From assembly GCA_973895155.1 (NCBI GenBank), contig OZ316897.1:15003375-15067374 (forward strand): DNA of 64,000 nt. The letters are read 5' to 3'. A model generated the notes under the pieces. The model worked only from the letters and a program-made list of their open reading frames with translations, did not search any database and was not told the origin of the DNA. Numbering within the stretch: position 1 is the first letter of the stretch; every line of letters starts with the position of its first letter. Source of the DNA: Marsupella aquatica. Its lineage: Eukaryota > Plantae > Marchantiophyta. Below, piece by piece: positions 33,896-48,200 of this stretch. A program made the translations under genes and the position numbers.

Positions 33896-35010
33896 TTGTA
33901 GTGGATGGGATGTGCACTGCATGTTAAGAGAATCTTGAAACCATTGAACACATGTTCTTTGAATGCCCCAGGCTCAGACAACGATGAAGCCAACTCGAAC
34001 GTATTGCTGAAGGCACAGGCATGTACAAAGCTACTGGCTACTTGTTCTTTGGCAAAATTGACACTGCCATCCAATCACCAAAATGCGATCCTGGCTATCT
34101 TCTCCTCATTCATCAGATGATCAGCAGCATCTGGATGGAGAGACGACAACAAACTTACCACGCTGATGCCCTGGGCCCTCACTAAGGGAAATGTAATGAG
34201 ATATACCTATGACCAAAGCCTCCTTAGGTACCCCTTGTTATATTTTGGAGGAACATTTAAATCTACCTTGTTCGTTCTAAAAAGAAATTTTAGTCCTATA
34301 TAAAATCCTCTTAGGTTATTATAATCTTTGATATTTTAGGATTTACTATACTAACCCTTCATTTGTTATAAAAACAAGGTTTAGATGATGCATATAAGCA
34401 TCTTCTTCACATCGGGCCGTCCATTCCAAGACCTCCCATTGAATGACTCCAAGAACCCAAAACCCAGGTTACACCCAAATACGAGAGGGTTGGGGAGGGG
34501 GTTTAGGGTTTAGGGTTCTCGTGTGAGAACTGGTACAAGAGACTAACCCTATCATATACCCTAAACCAATGAGACTACGACTCGAACTATGAGATGTGGA
34601 CCAATCAAATGCTGACACCTATCATGGAGTATTTACATACCCCGTCAGCTAATGTAATGGGCAACCAAATTTACAATAGTCTTCTTTCCTTCTAACCTAG
34701 ACTACGCATATATGATGCCCTAGTTCATTCTAATATTATTCTAATATTTATTTTCAAAATAGATTTAAAATACCCATCCGACGTTTGCACGTATGTTTCG
34801 TTATTTCATAAGCTGAGGGCCCAGGGCGCTGATGCTACACGGTTTCCCCTGCAACTCATTCCGCACGGGGCTGTTGTGAATGTCCATGCCACCCTTCAAC
34901 GCACCAGAAGTGCAACGAAGGCCTGTCGACTGCACAGAACTTTACATGAGCTTACAACGATGACTAATAGAGCTGCAACCAGAACTCGCACTTCGAACAT
35001 TACCATCACT
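33896..35010 (+). mobile_element. L1 LINE ORF2 C-terminal (zf-RVT) fragment, split by a MITE
   Basis: GMCTAC*ENLETIEHMFFECP ... IWMERR: the CxxC..ETxxHxFFxC and WxxR motifs of plant L1 C-termini. Right boundary approximate. Confidence 0.7.
34169..34826. mobile_element. Non-autonomous TIR element (MITE, 658 bp) with 8-bp TSD, hAT-like
   Basis: Perfect 13-bp TIRs CCCTGGGCCCTCA / TGAGGGCCCAGGG; TSD CGCTGATG at 34161-34168 and 34827-34834. Confidence 0.92.
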
Positions 35011-35940
35011 GATGATGAGTATAGTTGTTTTCAATGTCTGGATTGCTCCAACTACTTTGAGGGCCACATTACTAACAGCGGTGGTGCTACCATTTACTAC
35101 CAGCACCATAATAGACCATGGAGCAGTAGAAGTAACCATGCCTCTACCTCTGATGTTTGGCACGACTGCTACTGTCTGCATTACGAGATCATCTTGGCCA
35201 GTAGTGACGGATCCCAACCCATTAGGGGGTGTAGGATCACACAGCTGATCGATAGTTTTAGTTTATGGATCTACTGTATATACTGTTGGATTATCTTGGT
35301 TCATTCTAGGATTAAGAAAACTTAGTGGGTTCCCTTTGGGCTGGTTGCTGTTTCGCCCCGCTCCGGTGTCCCGGTGTCCCGTGCGCCGGCTCTTTGGGTC
35401 CTGGTGGTGTGTGGTTTGGCCCCCTGGACTTGTTGTTCTCCTTTCCTCACTGGTTTTTGCCGCAGGGTTTCTTGAATTAATTTCCTCGCACCGCCACTTT
35501 TCCAAAAAAAAGGGGTTTCCCAGCGTCCAAGCCAGCGTCCCAGCGTCCGTGCCATTGGGTGGTTTTAATATCTAAAAGGTTTCCTGGGATAATAAGGGTT
35601 TGCATTATGTTGTCCTTTCCTTTGAGTTTGTCTAAACACTATAATATCCATTCCTGCCTTTTTCTCCTCATAGCCTGTTTACAAAATGCACTTGTGAAGT
35701 TAACTCAGTCTGACCATTGGATCAGTAAATCCTAGCCTTGGGCATAGATTGGTGAACCTATATGGCTCACAAATAGGTTTGTTAATTCCCAATGAAATTT
35801 GATAATATTCTGCTGATTGTCTTGCACTTATATATGGTTTTGCACTCTTCCATACTTGCAAACCCATTGATCTTGTAGTTATAGACAAGTTTACACATGA
35901 AAAGTATGTTGTAAGTGCAAGCTCAAAGACTTTGCACTTG

Positions 35941-36241
35941 CTGTAGTCAGTTGGCCAGGGTATGAGCCTAGAACCGAGAGGTCCCGGGTTCAATCCCCCC
36001 TCCACATGCAAGGGTGGTGGAAGGTGAGTGTGTGTGTGGGTGAGGTGTAGTGGTGGAAATACTGGTTTCTTCTCAGCCCTAGCTGTCCGCTTGGTCCAAC
36101 ATTCTCTTCCTCCTGGTCCTGGGTATGACTTCCCTTGTGGGCTACCCTATAGCAGTGCATGCTCCGGAGTTGATTGTCTATCCTCTGACTGTTGGATGGG
36201 TTAATTTTTGGTTTTCAAGAGAAAAAAACTTTTAAAATAAT
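35941..36241 (+). mobile_element. tRNA-derived SINE
   Basis: Pol III A-box-like TAGTCAGTTGG (~35944) and B-box GGTTCAATCCC (~35987); A-rich tail ~36218-36240; flanking direct repeat TTTGCACTTG (35931-35940 / 36242-36251). Confidence 0.65.
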
Positions 36242-37614
36242 TTTGCACTTGTTTTACATACTTGTTGATAAATGCAACTACAAAAGAATGTACAACAGAC
36301 ACTTTGCATTGGGGGGTCAACTTAGTGTATCTTTTAGAGTATCACATGTGATCCTTACCGTATTACAATATCACTGTTTTGAGAACAAATTTATATATAT
36401 TTTTAATTCGAATTCTAAATGAACACATGGTACAAAAAGCTTTCAATTGCACGCTCTCTTTTTTGCCTGCAAATTCTGCTGATTCCTGCCTGCTACTTGG
36501 TACTTCCGGATTCTGCCTTCATCGGCTCCCTCGAGCTGTATGCAGAAAGTGTTTCAAGGCAACAACAATGAACGGCAAAGGATGTGGAGTCGTGTACATT
36601 CGGGGTACCGTCCAACATTCGCTAGACGAGCTTGCTTCAGAAATAAGTCCGGTGTAATAATTATGGTCTGCAGTCGAAGATGCTTATATTATTTTCTATG
36701 CGGCCGTGGCTCATCAGAGAGGACACCAGTCATGACATGCAGTCGCCATCTGGTTGCGTCCGTCCCTCGAAGATAAGCAGGCAGACACCTCTGATCCGTA
36801 TCGACGGAGTCGTGGACGGAACATATACTGTACGTGTGTGTCTGTGTGTCTATCCTGCTTCTTCGCATGTCTTCTTCGCATGTCTGGACTCTTCAATCTT
36901 GATTGGGACTTCTTCTGTTGTCGAGTCTTGGTGTTGCTGGTCGGCGAAACTTATGAACAGGGACGAAGGCAAAGAGGGAAACAGTTCCGTTTTGAACGAA
37001 ATTTTGGTCAATTATTGAGAAGTGAGCAGTGCGCCTCTTTTTGGCTAATGCAGCTATGGGTATAGTAGATAGCCGCCGGAGCGGGGGATGATGGTGGGTT
37101 TTCATGAGTACTTCGCCATCCTCGTGAGTGGTAGATAGGGGTTTTCGTTTGACCGTTTGGTCGTCGTCACAAGGGAACTGGTTGAATGTCGGTGCTAGGA
37201 GGTTGTGCTAGACAGTTTGTGAGCTCATTTTGTCGAAGGCCCTAGCTAGCTCGATCGAGCTTGATTAGTTGGGCCGGTTTTGAAGGTTTCTATGTGAGGT
37301 GAATCGAAGAAGGACGATATTCCATCCATAGTGTTAATGCTGCAACCTGGGTGCTTCCTCGTTGAACCCGGTACGAAAGTCTGCTATACGAGGCTGACCA
37401 GTGTGTACTTGGCAACAGCAGCTGAGATCTTTTCTTCGAAATTTTTACCAAGTGCAAAAGTTATAAGCTATTTCTATGTCGAGATTTTGCGGCAAGCGCT
37501 TTCTTGAGTTGGAAGGGTCACGTGCACTGTCGTAGTAGAATCGAAGATAGAGTAGACAAAGTACACAAGTTCTAGCCGAGATCGTGGAAGAAGCTTACAG
37601 TCAGTAGCCTGGCA

Positions 37615-38178
37615 ATGGGCAATGCAGCGATGAAATGTTTCCGAGGCAGAGGCAGGGCCGTGACTGTGCTCCTGTTGAGCGGACAGAAAGCAGAGTTCAA
37701 AGAACCAGTGAAGGCCGCGACTGTGATGAAAAGATATCCACAACATGTTGTCCTGCATTGCTCCGCGGTGAGAAAGTTTGGGATGGGACAGCGCCGTAGG
37801 ATATCTGTGCTGAAACCAGAACAGGCTCTCAAAAGGAACCAGAACTATCTGATCACGCCCATTCAAACGTCGGGGAACACTAAACCATTTCTGGATTCTT
37901 GGGCGTGCTTGATAATAAACGCCAACAAGAAGCTGAATGTCAAAATGAGGCTCAAGGCCCATAGAGGCAGTCCGAATGAGAGGTCGTGGATCCAAACGAT
38001 GTTTACCAAGATATTCAGGTTTCCAAAATCCTATCACAGTTTGGAGGAAGACGACGCCACCAGATCATTGCTTCATTGCGATGAGCTTTCATTCGAGTCT
38101 CGGAAACGTTGCGAAGATCCTCAGGACTGGAGACCATCCCTCGAGTGTATACCCGAGTCCCACGACGTTGAGTCGTAA
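37615..38178 (+). CDS. DUF4228 (PADRE) family protein
   Basis: MGN start (myristoylation-type), G...EF..PV.AA.VM..YP.H.V, L.P...L.....YL.TP and C-terminal WRPSLECIPES. Confidence 0.85.
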   Translation: MGNAAMKCFRGRGRAVTVLLLSGQKAEFKEPVKAATVMKRYPQHVVLHCSAVRKFGMGQRRRISVLKPEQALKRNQNYLITPIQTSGNTKPFLDSWACLIINANKKLNVKMRLKAHRGSPNERSWIQTMFTKIFRFPKSYHSLEEDDATRSLLHCDELSFESRKRCEDPQDWRPSLECIPESHDVES

Positions 38179-39094
38179 GTCTCCGTACGTTCTCTAGCTA
38201 CCCTCGTTGCGATTTCCGTTGATTCTCAGTAGATAGAGGACCAGAGTTTTGGACCTTCAATTGAAGGTGCAAGATTTCCTTGTCCGAGGGTGCTAGTCGT
38301 TTTATAGATTAGCCGCGGACACAGTTTACAATCTACAGTACTAGAACCTAACTTGAATGAGGTTTATGTTTCGCATGTAAACTCTTGCCATAGCCGTCTA
38401 CTTCATTGTGCATGAGTTTACATAGCTTGCATTGGCTAAGTGGATGCTTCGAAGGGAAAATCTGCTTGCCGCGAAAAAGAAAGGAAGGTGATCATGACTT
38501 CACTTCAACCGAGTCATTGCATACCAAACTGGTCCGGAGTGCTCTCTAGATTATTGTGCAAAGGTCCTCTGAGAATTTCTTCTATGGACCATTTCAAACA
38601 GGCCTCATTGTATTGTAAATGTAACATGACATCCAGCTTCTGTAAAACTACTGTACAACAGACGAGGAGCACGTTGTTCCCAACCTGTACCCATACCGAA
38701 AAAATCATTCGTATCTCGAGTCCTGAACTTTGACAATTGTCACCTCGCATGTTCAACACTTCAACAGTATTGCCCTCGAATATCTGCGAGACCTTTGGTG
38801 GATTGTGCACGGACCGATTGCATGCGTCCGCAGTGTACTACTCATAATTTGCGCCTGGTATCACAAAGCGTTTGTCATATGTATTCGAAAAGAGCGAACT
38901 ACAGTGTCAGCTTTGTACTGACAGGACAACGGTAGATTTTCCAGTCGCGCAACAATAATTGTTGTTAGTACAAGCTGCTGTGAATTTTCTTCCAATCTTC
39001 TCATCAATGGTGGGCGTGTAGAACGTGTAGAAATGTCTTTGCATTTCTTTTCAATGACTAACATCTCTCGTGTTTAGAGTTCCTGAGCTAAAAA

Positions 39095-39241
39095 CTTCAT
39101 ACATGTACTACTATTATATCTACAGACAAGGAATAGCGCTCAGTCTCAACATCACCTTCTCCAAATCACTTCATACATGTACTACTATTATATATACACA
39201 CAAGGAATAGCGCTCAGTCTCAACATCACCTTCTCCAAATC
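39095..39241 (+). repeat. Tandem duplication, 2 x ~74 bp
   Basis: acttcatacatgtactactattatat.taca.acaaggaatagcgctcagtctcaacatcaccttctccaaatc occurs twice. Confidence 0.9.
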
Positions 39242-41549
39242 TCTGCTAACACTATATATGTAGAGCATGTTCATCCTGGAACATGCCTCTTCTTTTTGTC
39301 TTTTAGTGATATATAATTTATTTGATTTATTTTATAAAAAAATAAGTACATTGTAAAGTATATACCAAGATCTTAATATCTGTTAATTAATAAAATAAAT
39401 GACATAATACACATGAAAAAAAATCACATTATGACCAAGAAAGTACAAAGATATTAAAGAGATGTGCACATACAATACAATCAGATTTTCACTTGCTTCT
39501 AGGTACTAATAATAAATAATTAAAATCATAAGTTTTGTAAAAAAAATCACTAGGAGAACTTAGTACACCAAATGTGCACATTGTTCAAACTCATTTCTCT
39601 CACTCACTAAGGAGTGATTGAAAAAGAATAATTAAACATGTATGGGGAAACAAATACAATCAAAATACTCTAAGTTCACCAAAATTAAAAGGGGTCCAAA
39701 TTTTAATAAAATTAATACTAATGATTAGCCTAGTTAAGGCACATTAAAATTAAAAAATCTCAATAAGACAAAATATGAAAGGTGGCTTATAGCAGGTTGA
39801 CTAAATGTGCAAATGGAAACTACAATAACTAAAGTGACTTGATATCTGAGTGGGTAAAAGAGAGAAGTTGATAGTGGGGGTGGCCAGTAGCTTCTATCTA
39901 CAAATGTTTAGCCTGACATTTCTAGGAATCTTGTCCTGCAGAGCAAAACTCCATTATGAACAAATGAATTATCAAGTGTTAGGCTCTAAAGCAAAATCTG
40001 AGGCCTACTCTCATAATGTTATTCATGATAAGATGCATGTCATAAATTAGGCATGAAAATGAAAAAAAATTGGTTTTTGGGGAACAGAGATTGCCACTCT
40101 TTTTTGGCATGGTACATACCTTGCCAGTGCTAAATGTTTTCTATTTGTGGGTTAAAAAAATTAACCTAGGTTAGCTCCTTCACATCTAGTGGTGGACCTT
40201 GCCACCCATCGCCCTCACCAATCCCAGCACCCATGTCTAAGTGCCCCTGGTGCCCGAACGCCTCCACGGAATACCTCAAGCAAGCAACCTGATGCCCCTA
40301 GCACCACCAGCGGCCCCTCCCATACGAAGCCGCACTTGCTCGCCAACACGACCGCTACTCAACGGTCCTCACTATCTGAACAAACGACCAAGCGCCTCGG
40401 TAAGTAACCCTTCAAGATCTAGATCTCCCAAGTCTAGTCTCCTAACTCAAGCTCAACAGACATTGGTAAGTAGGTCAGCAATAGGTCCGACGAACATAAC
40501 CTCCCTTCTCATTCAATGAAGGAGTTGGGTTCCCTTCGTTGCAATAAATTTCATTTACATGAGCTTTCAACTTCCATATCATCATGACATGCTAAGGTTC
40601 CCATATAGCAGGATCAAGTTACCATGTCCATCTCATTGTCAACCCTTTAATCATATTTTTCCCTTGCAATAAATATCATTTATATAAACCAGCAATATTT
40701 GTCATAATTTATGGGTATGAAAATCTCATTATTCTGACACAATATAGTATATATATGAATATGTATTTTTAAATATTTTGGGGGATCTCCTAAATGGAAG
40801 ATGTCCTTTCTTCCATTTTTCTCTTTTCCCCACTTTTTTAACATGTTTCTATTTTAATAAGTTTTTTACTTATATTCTGTTTCCTTTTATCTTTTATCTT
40901 CTCCCTTCCCCTCCCGGCCATTTTCTTTCCATCTCTCATGTCTCCATACTCCATAGTGTCATAGTTTAAATATGTGATCATCGTTATCATTACATTCTAG
41001 TACAATCTATAATCATGATGCTTTCATGTACATTTATCCTTCTTGAAGGTGTACCTGAATTTTTTGTCTTTGTACATGTACTTGAACAAGTGTATGTGAT
41101 CTACCATACCAATTCGTCTCACAATAGGAGAGGCAATGAGATGGTGTTGCTTGCATCTAAGGGTGATTAAAAGTAATATTTACAGACCCCCATGAGAGGT
41201 CCTTGGTAAATTCTCTGCCACGCGGTTGTGTCACATCATCACAACCAGCCACAAACAGGATAGATCATATTTTTGACCGTAACAAAAGTGCACATTCATG
41301 TTTGTGACAAAAGCAATGTAATTTTGGGGGCGCCATACCATAAGTATTAAGCGTAAAAAAACCAGAATACAAAAGAAAAGATGTCATTAAGTAAAATAAA
41401 ATTACCATTCTGATGTTTGTCAATGATATATCAATGTTTTACATCAAAATGTTTCTAGTTTTTAATTGTTTGCAAGTTTGGAAAAACCAATCGATAAAAA
41501 TGTACATAGTTAGGACCCCTTTGGCTCCATATTGTAAAACTAAATAATC

Positions 41550-42040
41550 AATCTCCTTAGTACTTGATGAAATTTGTCAATGTTTGACTCATTGGAAAGC
41601 TCAAGATCAAGATTTAGGGTTTAGGGTTTAGGGTTTAGTACTCTCTTGATAAAATCTCTCTATGTCACACTCATTGGAAAGCTAGAGTAAAATTAGAAAC
41701 TCATCATCTCCTTAGTACTTGACAAAATCTATCAATGTTAGGTTCATTAGAAAGCTAACGAAATTCACATACTCATGTTCTCTCTAATTTTTGACAAATA
41801 CTTCCAATGTCACACATTAGAAAGCTAGAGAGATTGAAAACCTCATGATCTCTTTAGTACCATGACAAAATATGACATGAAATTTGTCAATATTGGACTC
41901 AATGTAGGAAAACTAAAAGAATTCATGAACTCATGACAAACTTTTCTTATTGTCACACTCATTGGAAAGGCAGGGAAATTCAAAAACTCATTTGGAACTT
42001 AACAAAATTTGTCAATCTGAAGCTCATTGGAAACCCTTTC
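41550..42040 (+). repeat. Degenerate ~70-bp tandem array containing an interstitial (TTTAGGG)3-4 tract at ~41612-41638
   Basis: Repeated ctccttagtacttgacaaaat..gtcaatgt..cactcattggaaagcta units (~7). Confidence 0.75.
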
Positions 42041-45000
42041 TCGATTAAGAGATGTCACAATCTCGTCACTGTCACAAATTTAGCCGCTGCAAATTGATTT
42101 CTTTGATTACGTCGTCATCACTTGTCCGCAACACTTGCTTCCCGCCTTGAATTGTTTGTTTCCCTCTAGTCTTCAATTGGGGCTCACTCTGAACACAGGT
42201 TAACGCCAAATGCAGCCTCTCCCTCACACCATAGCTTTCTTAAATAAAAAAATACAAAACCTTCATGTGGAGTGATGGCTCGTCCATTTTGTGGATTCTT
42301 CTCACGAAAACAACAAGTGCTCTTTTGCCTACAGCTGAGTGCTATCCTCCAGTCCGTCTTGTGGCGGTAGTACTCAACTTAACTCACAAACAAACAATTA
42401 AGAATGATAGAAACATGATTTCTCCAATGTGTAAGCGAAAATTGTTAAAAAAACTCAATTCCTTCACATTCAACCTTCCCTTTGATAAACCAAAGAGATC
42501 ATCTGAACCAGATTGATATCCTCTATCTTTTGAGTGTTCTTTTTTGTACGAGCACACAACAAGACCATCAGGAGACTCAAAATCATCGGTTACCGTTTTG
42601 CTGAAAATTGATTTCACTTCATCACACACACACCCCTTAGATGAACATGGGGATTCACAGATTAATTTAAATGGACTATCAGGATTGGATCTTGCCTTTT
42701 TAAAATTTCAGTAAGGAAACTAAACTCAATTATGGTGGGATAGCATATTATAGAGTTAGATTTGTTTATGTTTAAATAGTTGCAATAGACATTACAAAAT
42801 GTTGGGCCCATTTACTTATGGTGTCTACCAATCCTACATGGCAAGCAATGGGCCCAAGTAAAATATTAATAAGTTTAATAGAAGATTAATAAGTTTAAAA
42901 GATTTCCATTTATTATAATTGATTTCAACTTTTTTTTAAGAGTTCATTCATATATCTTTTTTTTTTGGGTGGTTCAGCCATATAGAAATAGACAATATTA
43001 TTCCTACGATGGCTGTTTACAGACCAAGTGTTTTCCGTCAGTCTTTAGAACAAGAATGGACACTCTTTTTTGCTTTGGTGAAAAAGAATGGCAATTGCCC
43101 CCACCTCGTGTAGAACATCTCCAGAAGGTGACTGGTTTGGTTAGTTACCATATTATAGAGTAAATACACAGTTTGACAACCAGTCTTTTCTACTTTATTG
43201 TAAGTAGCATGCATACTCAGCAACCCTTATTGGATAAATCTCCCCCACAAAAATCAGCTTCACGCCAGCCACCATAGGCTACAATCTTGAAAACCAACCC
43301 ACCAACAAACTCATTAGAATGTCAAGAATATATGCCGTCTCTCAAGTACAGTTCTAGTAGCCAAAGAATCCAATGCCTGAAAATCAAATAGCCTTACGTA
43401 CAACCAAGGAAAGGGTTGGACATGACTTTATGCAATCATTTTAATTACTGGGTTTTTGACTTTTCAGTCCAAGGAAACTCTTTGTTTTCTCCGTTTTATT
43501 GGGTCTCTTACCTTTTGGACATTGTGTCCAGGATTGACGCTTTTTGTTATTTGGCAATGTGATACAGAGTGAGGGTTTTTCTCCCCTTTGTTGGCTCTCC
43601 TGTCTTACCTTGTCTCCAGGTTTGGTGTTTTTTTTTTATTTGCTAGTGTAATATAGAATAAGGGTTGGAGGTGCTCTCAAGCCATCCTAATATCTTGTCC
43701 ATAAATGCAGTATGAAATATAGGTTAGCAGTGTGTAAGCACTTCTGGAGGTCCTTGCTATTTCAATAATCTACTGCCCACAAAACTTGTGATCCGCACCT
43801 TTTTCCTTATTACATGACCATGATAAAAAGATAGTCTGGGCAAGGGTTCTACTATTAATAACCCTCCTCCTAGAATCCTCATCCCAATCAATTTTCCTTC
43901 ATTTTCTGGTCACAACCTACCCTAGTAACCCTTTTGCCCAGACCGTCATTGTCCAATACTTAGTGCCCTTTGTGAATTTTCTCCTTTATATTTTTCAGGA
44001 CATTTTGGGAGCATAATGCTCCAGTTCTATGTATATCCAGTCAACATTTGGATCACTCCTTTAGCAATATCCTCCTCCACTTTTACTAAGGTTAGAGAAA
44101 AGAGAATCTCTGATACCACTAAGTGTAGCTCGTGTTTCTGGAGCATTATGGGCAACAATAGCCCCTCAAAACTGGCCAAGTTCTTGTTTCTGGGGCATTA
44201 GGGAGTCTCAATGTTTGTAGTTCTTGTTTGTAGTTTGGTTTTACGGCCAGGATGTGGCTTTTGGGCATGCGTAACCATGGGGTGGAAAAATTTGGTCGTA
44301 AACTCGGCCTACTGCACTTTAAGTCTACATCCCGCATGGCCCGACCAAAAGCCTGAATCTTGTAACGTTGGAGATACCCTATTATATTATATTGTATATA
44401 TCTCTCATAACGCCCTCTAAATAGGACTTTATACAAAACTAGCATAGTGGCATCCCCTGATCCAAGTATTGCATAGCCTGCCCCTGTGCAATCCTAAAGG
44501 GGCAGTTCAAAGGGCAGTCCAGGTAGGGCAGGTATGGTGCCCTCCCCTCCTTTCTGCTGGCTGGCACAATGGGACAGCTCTGCCCTGGTGGTGGGCTGTT
44601 GGAGCATGCTTCCCCATCCCTATCTATAATATTCGCCTGGGTCGCAGCAGGTATCAGGTATCGGGTTGGTGGTCCCATCCCAAAACCCTCGTTCTCATCT
44701 AACCACTGTACTTTGCAGAATTGCAGCAACAGAATAATGGAATGAAGGAAGGAAGGAAGGAATGAATACAAAGGACAAAACGGAGCTCAGGGGACAGGGG
44801 AGATGGCTTTTCAAAGGGACAAAAAGGGAAGCTCGGGCAGGATGGCTTTTCAAAGGGAGCTCGGGCAAGATGGCTTTTCAAAGCGAGACTGAACAAATCT
44901 GCCACATTGCAGCATGGCAAGCCAGAACCGGGTTCATGGGGATGCGTGAAAGCCGTTCGTTGGAGAGGTGGTAGGGCCGATGTTTTTAGGGTATAAGTTT

Positions 45001-45210
45001 TGATTACACTCTTGCTCCGAGGAAAGCCGAGCAGACCTGTGCTGTGCTGTGTTGTGCTGAACTGTGGAACTGTTGATGATGATTTTGATTTTCAGTAGAG
45101 TACATTACGACAGTGGCAAGAGGGTCAGCTGAGCGACGAGGCTTTACATTGGGACACGGAGAGTGGAGCGGAGCAGATTATCATTTTTGGTGGAGCTGTT
45201 GCTGCTGGCG

Positions 45211-48200
45211 ATGGCCGCGATTTCAGCTGCGATCGTCGGTCCTACTCTCCGATCCGTTGCTGCGCGGCAAGTGCTCTCGATCGGGGGCCGTAGCGAGTGT
45301 TCTTTGAGAGATTCGAGGTTGGATGGAAGGAAGGAAGGAAGTGTTGTTTCTGTAGAGCCCTCATTAGCTCGTCGGGAATTTTTTGCACCTGGTCATGTAG
45401 CAATCGTAGGAAAGAAAGACAAGTCGGGGCTAGGGTTTAAGACATCCCCAGCAACTACTTCGACTAGATGTCTGTCGGCCGGAGTGCAAGCCTCGGACGA
45501 GCATTCTTCTCGATCGAGCGGAGGTATCGTACAGACGCATGGCGTACGAAGAAATCGGTCTCCCGCGACGAGAAAGAAGAGAGGGAAAGTTTTCGAAATC
45601 AGGAGCATTGCCGAAAGGCCTGTATCTACTGGCAATGAGACTCAGACGCCTGTTGCCTCATCATGGGACAAAGTGAGGTTGAAAGGTTCAAAGCGTACTG
45701 ACATCAAGAAGATATTGATTCTCGGGGCTGGTCCGATCGTAATTGGGCAAGCCTGTGAATTTGACTACTCCGGGACACAGGCGTGCAAGGCTTTGAAGGA
45801 GGAAGGCTATGAGGTTATTCTCATCAATTCAAATCCTGCTACCATCATGACGGATCCTGAGACTGCGGATCGCACCTACATTGCTCCCATGACTCCCGAA
45901 TTGGTCGAGAAAGTGTTGGAACAGGAACGGCCCGATGCCCTCCTGCCTACCATGGGAGGGCAGACTGCACTGAACTTGGCTGTGGCTCTAGCGGAAAGTG
46001 GGGCTCTGGAGAAATACGGCGTCGAGCTGATCGGAGCAAAATTGGAGGCAATTCAGAAAGCAGAGGACCGAAGTTTATTCAAGCAGGCAATGGAGAAGAT
46101 TGGGGTGAAGTCTTCGCCTTCTGGAATTGCCACCACTATGGAAGAGTGCCACGAAACTGCGGCGAAAATTGGGGAGTTTCCTCTTATCATCCGACCTGCC
46201 TTCACTCTGGGAGGTACAGGTGGAGGTATTGCCTACAATGTGGAGGAATTTGAGACAATATGCAAGTCAGGTCTGGCTGCCAGTCTCACCTCGCAAATTT
46301 TAGTCGAAAAGTCTCTCCTCGGATGGAAGGAGTATGAATTGGAAGTTATGCGCGATCTCGCTGATAATGTCGTCATCATCTGTTCGATCGAGAACATCGA
46401 TCCGATGGGTGTTCACACTGGTGATTCCATCACAGTAGCTCCTGCTCAAACGCTGACTGACAAGGAGTACCAGAGGCTGAGAGATTATTCAGTGGCTATT
46501 ATTAGAGAAATTGGGGTTGACACTGGCGGCTCAAATGTGCAATTTGCTGTTAATCCGAAGGACGGAGAGGTCGTGGTCATTGAAATGAATCCTAGAGTTT
46601 CACGGTCCTCGGCTCTGGCTTCCAAAGCTACTGGCTTCCCGATCGCGAAGATGGCTGCTAAGCTCGCGGTTGGCTACACTTTGGACCAGATTCCGAACGA
46701 TATCACCCGGAAAACTCCTGCCAGCTTTGAGCCTTCAATTGACTACGTCGTCACTAAGGTACTCAGTCCGTTTGGGTTCGTTGCTTCTCTCCAGGAGTTG
46801 GATCAAATTGTTGAGCTTACGTAGGTCTTTGGTTCTAAGGTCTTGCTTAAACCTTGAAATATCAATTTCTTCGAAGGTGATTTTGTCCCTGATTACTAGT
46901 AATGAATTTGGGCCTGACCGACCTTCTACTCATAAGCTCCTGAATGTACATTTTGAAAATGTTCTCATGATCGACCTCACCACTGAATTGCATGTAGTTC
47001 CGCACCTGAAGGAAGTCATTAATGTATATCACACGGCTTGTCTCATTTACAGATCCCTCGATTCGCTTTCGAGAAGTTCCCTGGTTCCGTGCCCGTACTC
47101 AGCACCCAAATGAAGTCAGTCGGAGAGGCTATGGCAATGGGTCGGACCTTCCAGGAGTCATTCCAGAAGGCCATGCGGTCGTTGGAGACAGGTCACACCG
47201 GCTGGGGCTGCGAGAAGGTTAAAGAGCTTGACTGGGATATGGAAAAGCTCAAGTATAACTTGAGAGTACCCAATCCAGAGCGCATGTTCGCTCTCTATGC
47301 AGCTCTGAAGAGGGGCATGACCCAGGAGGAAGTCCACGATCTCAGCTTCGTTGACCCATGGTTTATTGGGCAGTTAGGGGAATTGCTGGATATTGAAAAC
47401 TTCCTGGAGAGTGCCAAGCTAAGCGACCTCAGCAAGGAGGATTTGTACGAAGTGAAGAGACGAGGTTTCAGTGACAGGCAGATTGCTTTCGCAACAGGGA
47501 CTTCAGAAAAGGAAGTGCGAGCTCGGAGGTTGGATCTTCGAGTTGTCCCGGCTTACAAACGTGTGGATACATGTGCTGCAGAATTTGAAGCAGACACCCC
47601 GTATATGTATTCTTCGTATGATGCAGAGTGCGAGTCATCCCCAAGCACGAAAAAAAAGGTTCTGATTCTAGGTGGCGGTCCGAATAGGATTGGGCAGGGT
47701 ATCGAGTTCGACTACTGTTGCTGCCATGCATCTTTCTCTTTGCAGGTGAATAGCCTGTACTTCTACTTGTCACGTGTTTTGTGAGTGAATTTGTACGGGA
47801 CATGAGTCGGATTGTACATTGCCATTTGGAAAGCAGTGACCTTCGTTTGCGTTTAGTTCTTTACAAGTGTGACCGTCATATGTCTAATTTATATCGTAGC
47901 CGAGTCTTGTCTTTTTCGGGAGCGATTTTGTAGTGTCTAATATGGGCTCATTATTGCAGGATGCTGGATATGAAACTATTATGATGAATTCCAACCCGGA
48001 GACGGTCTCAACAGATTATGATACAAGCGATAGGCTGTATTTTGAACCCCTTACAGTCGAAGATGTCGTCAATGTGATTGATCTGGAACGACCAGATGGG
48101 ATTATTGTTCAATTTGGTGGTCAAACGCCTTTGAAGCTTGCCCTCCCAATTCAGAATTACCTAGACACCTACAAACCTGAGGCGGCAAGTGGGAATGGTC

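Noticed and set aside
35320-35560. GC-rich repeats (CCAGCGTCC) resembling a hAT subterminal end
   Set aside because: No partner TIR or TSD found; too weak to call.
35941-36010. tRNA gene
   Set aside because: A/B boxes are present but there is no convincing cloverleaf or acceptor stem; an unrelated body, A-rich tail and direct repeats fit a SINE.
44070-44130. PBS-like TGGTATCAGAG on the minus strand (~44109-44119)
   Set aside because: No adjacent LTR end or gag sequence could be identified.
42384-44445. Short ORFs in the region upstream of carB
   Set aside because: No recognisable motifs; probably old TE debris or intergenic sequence.
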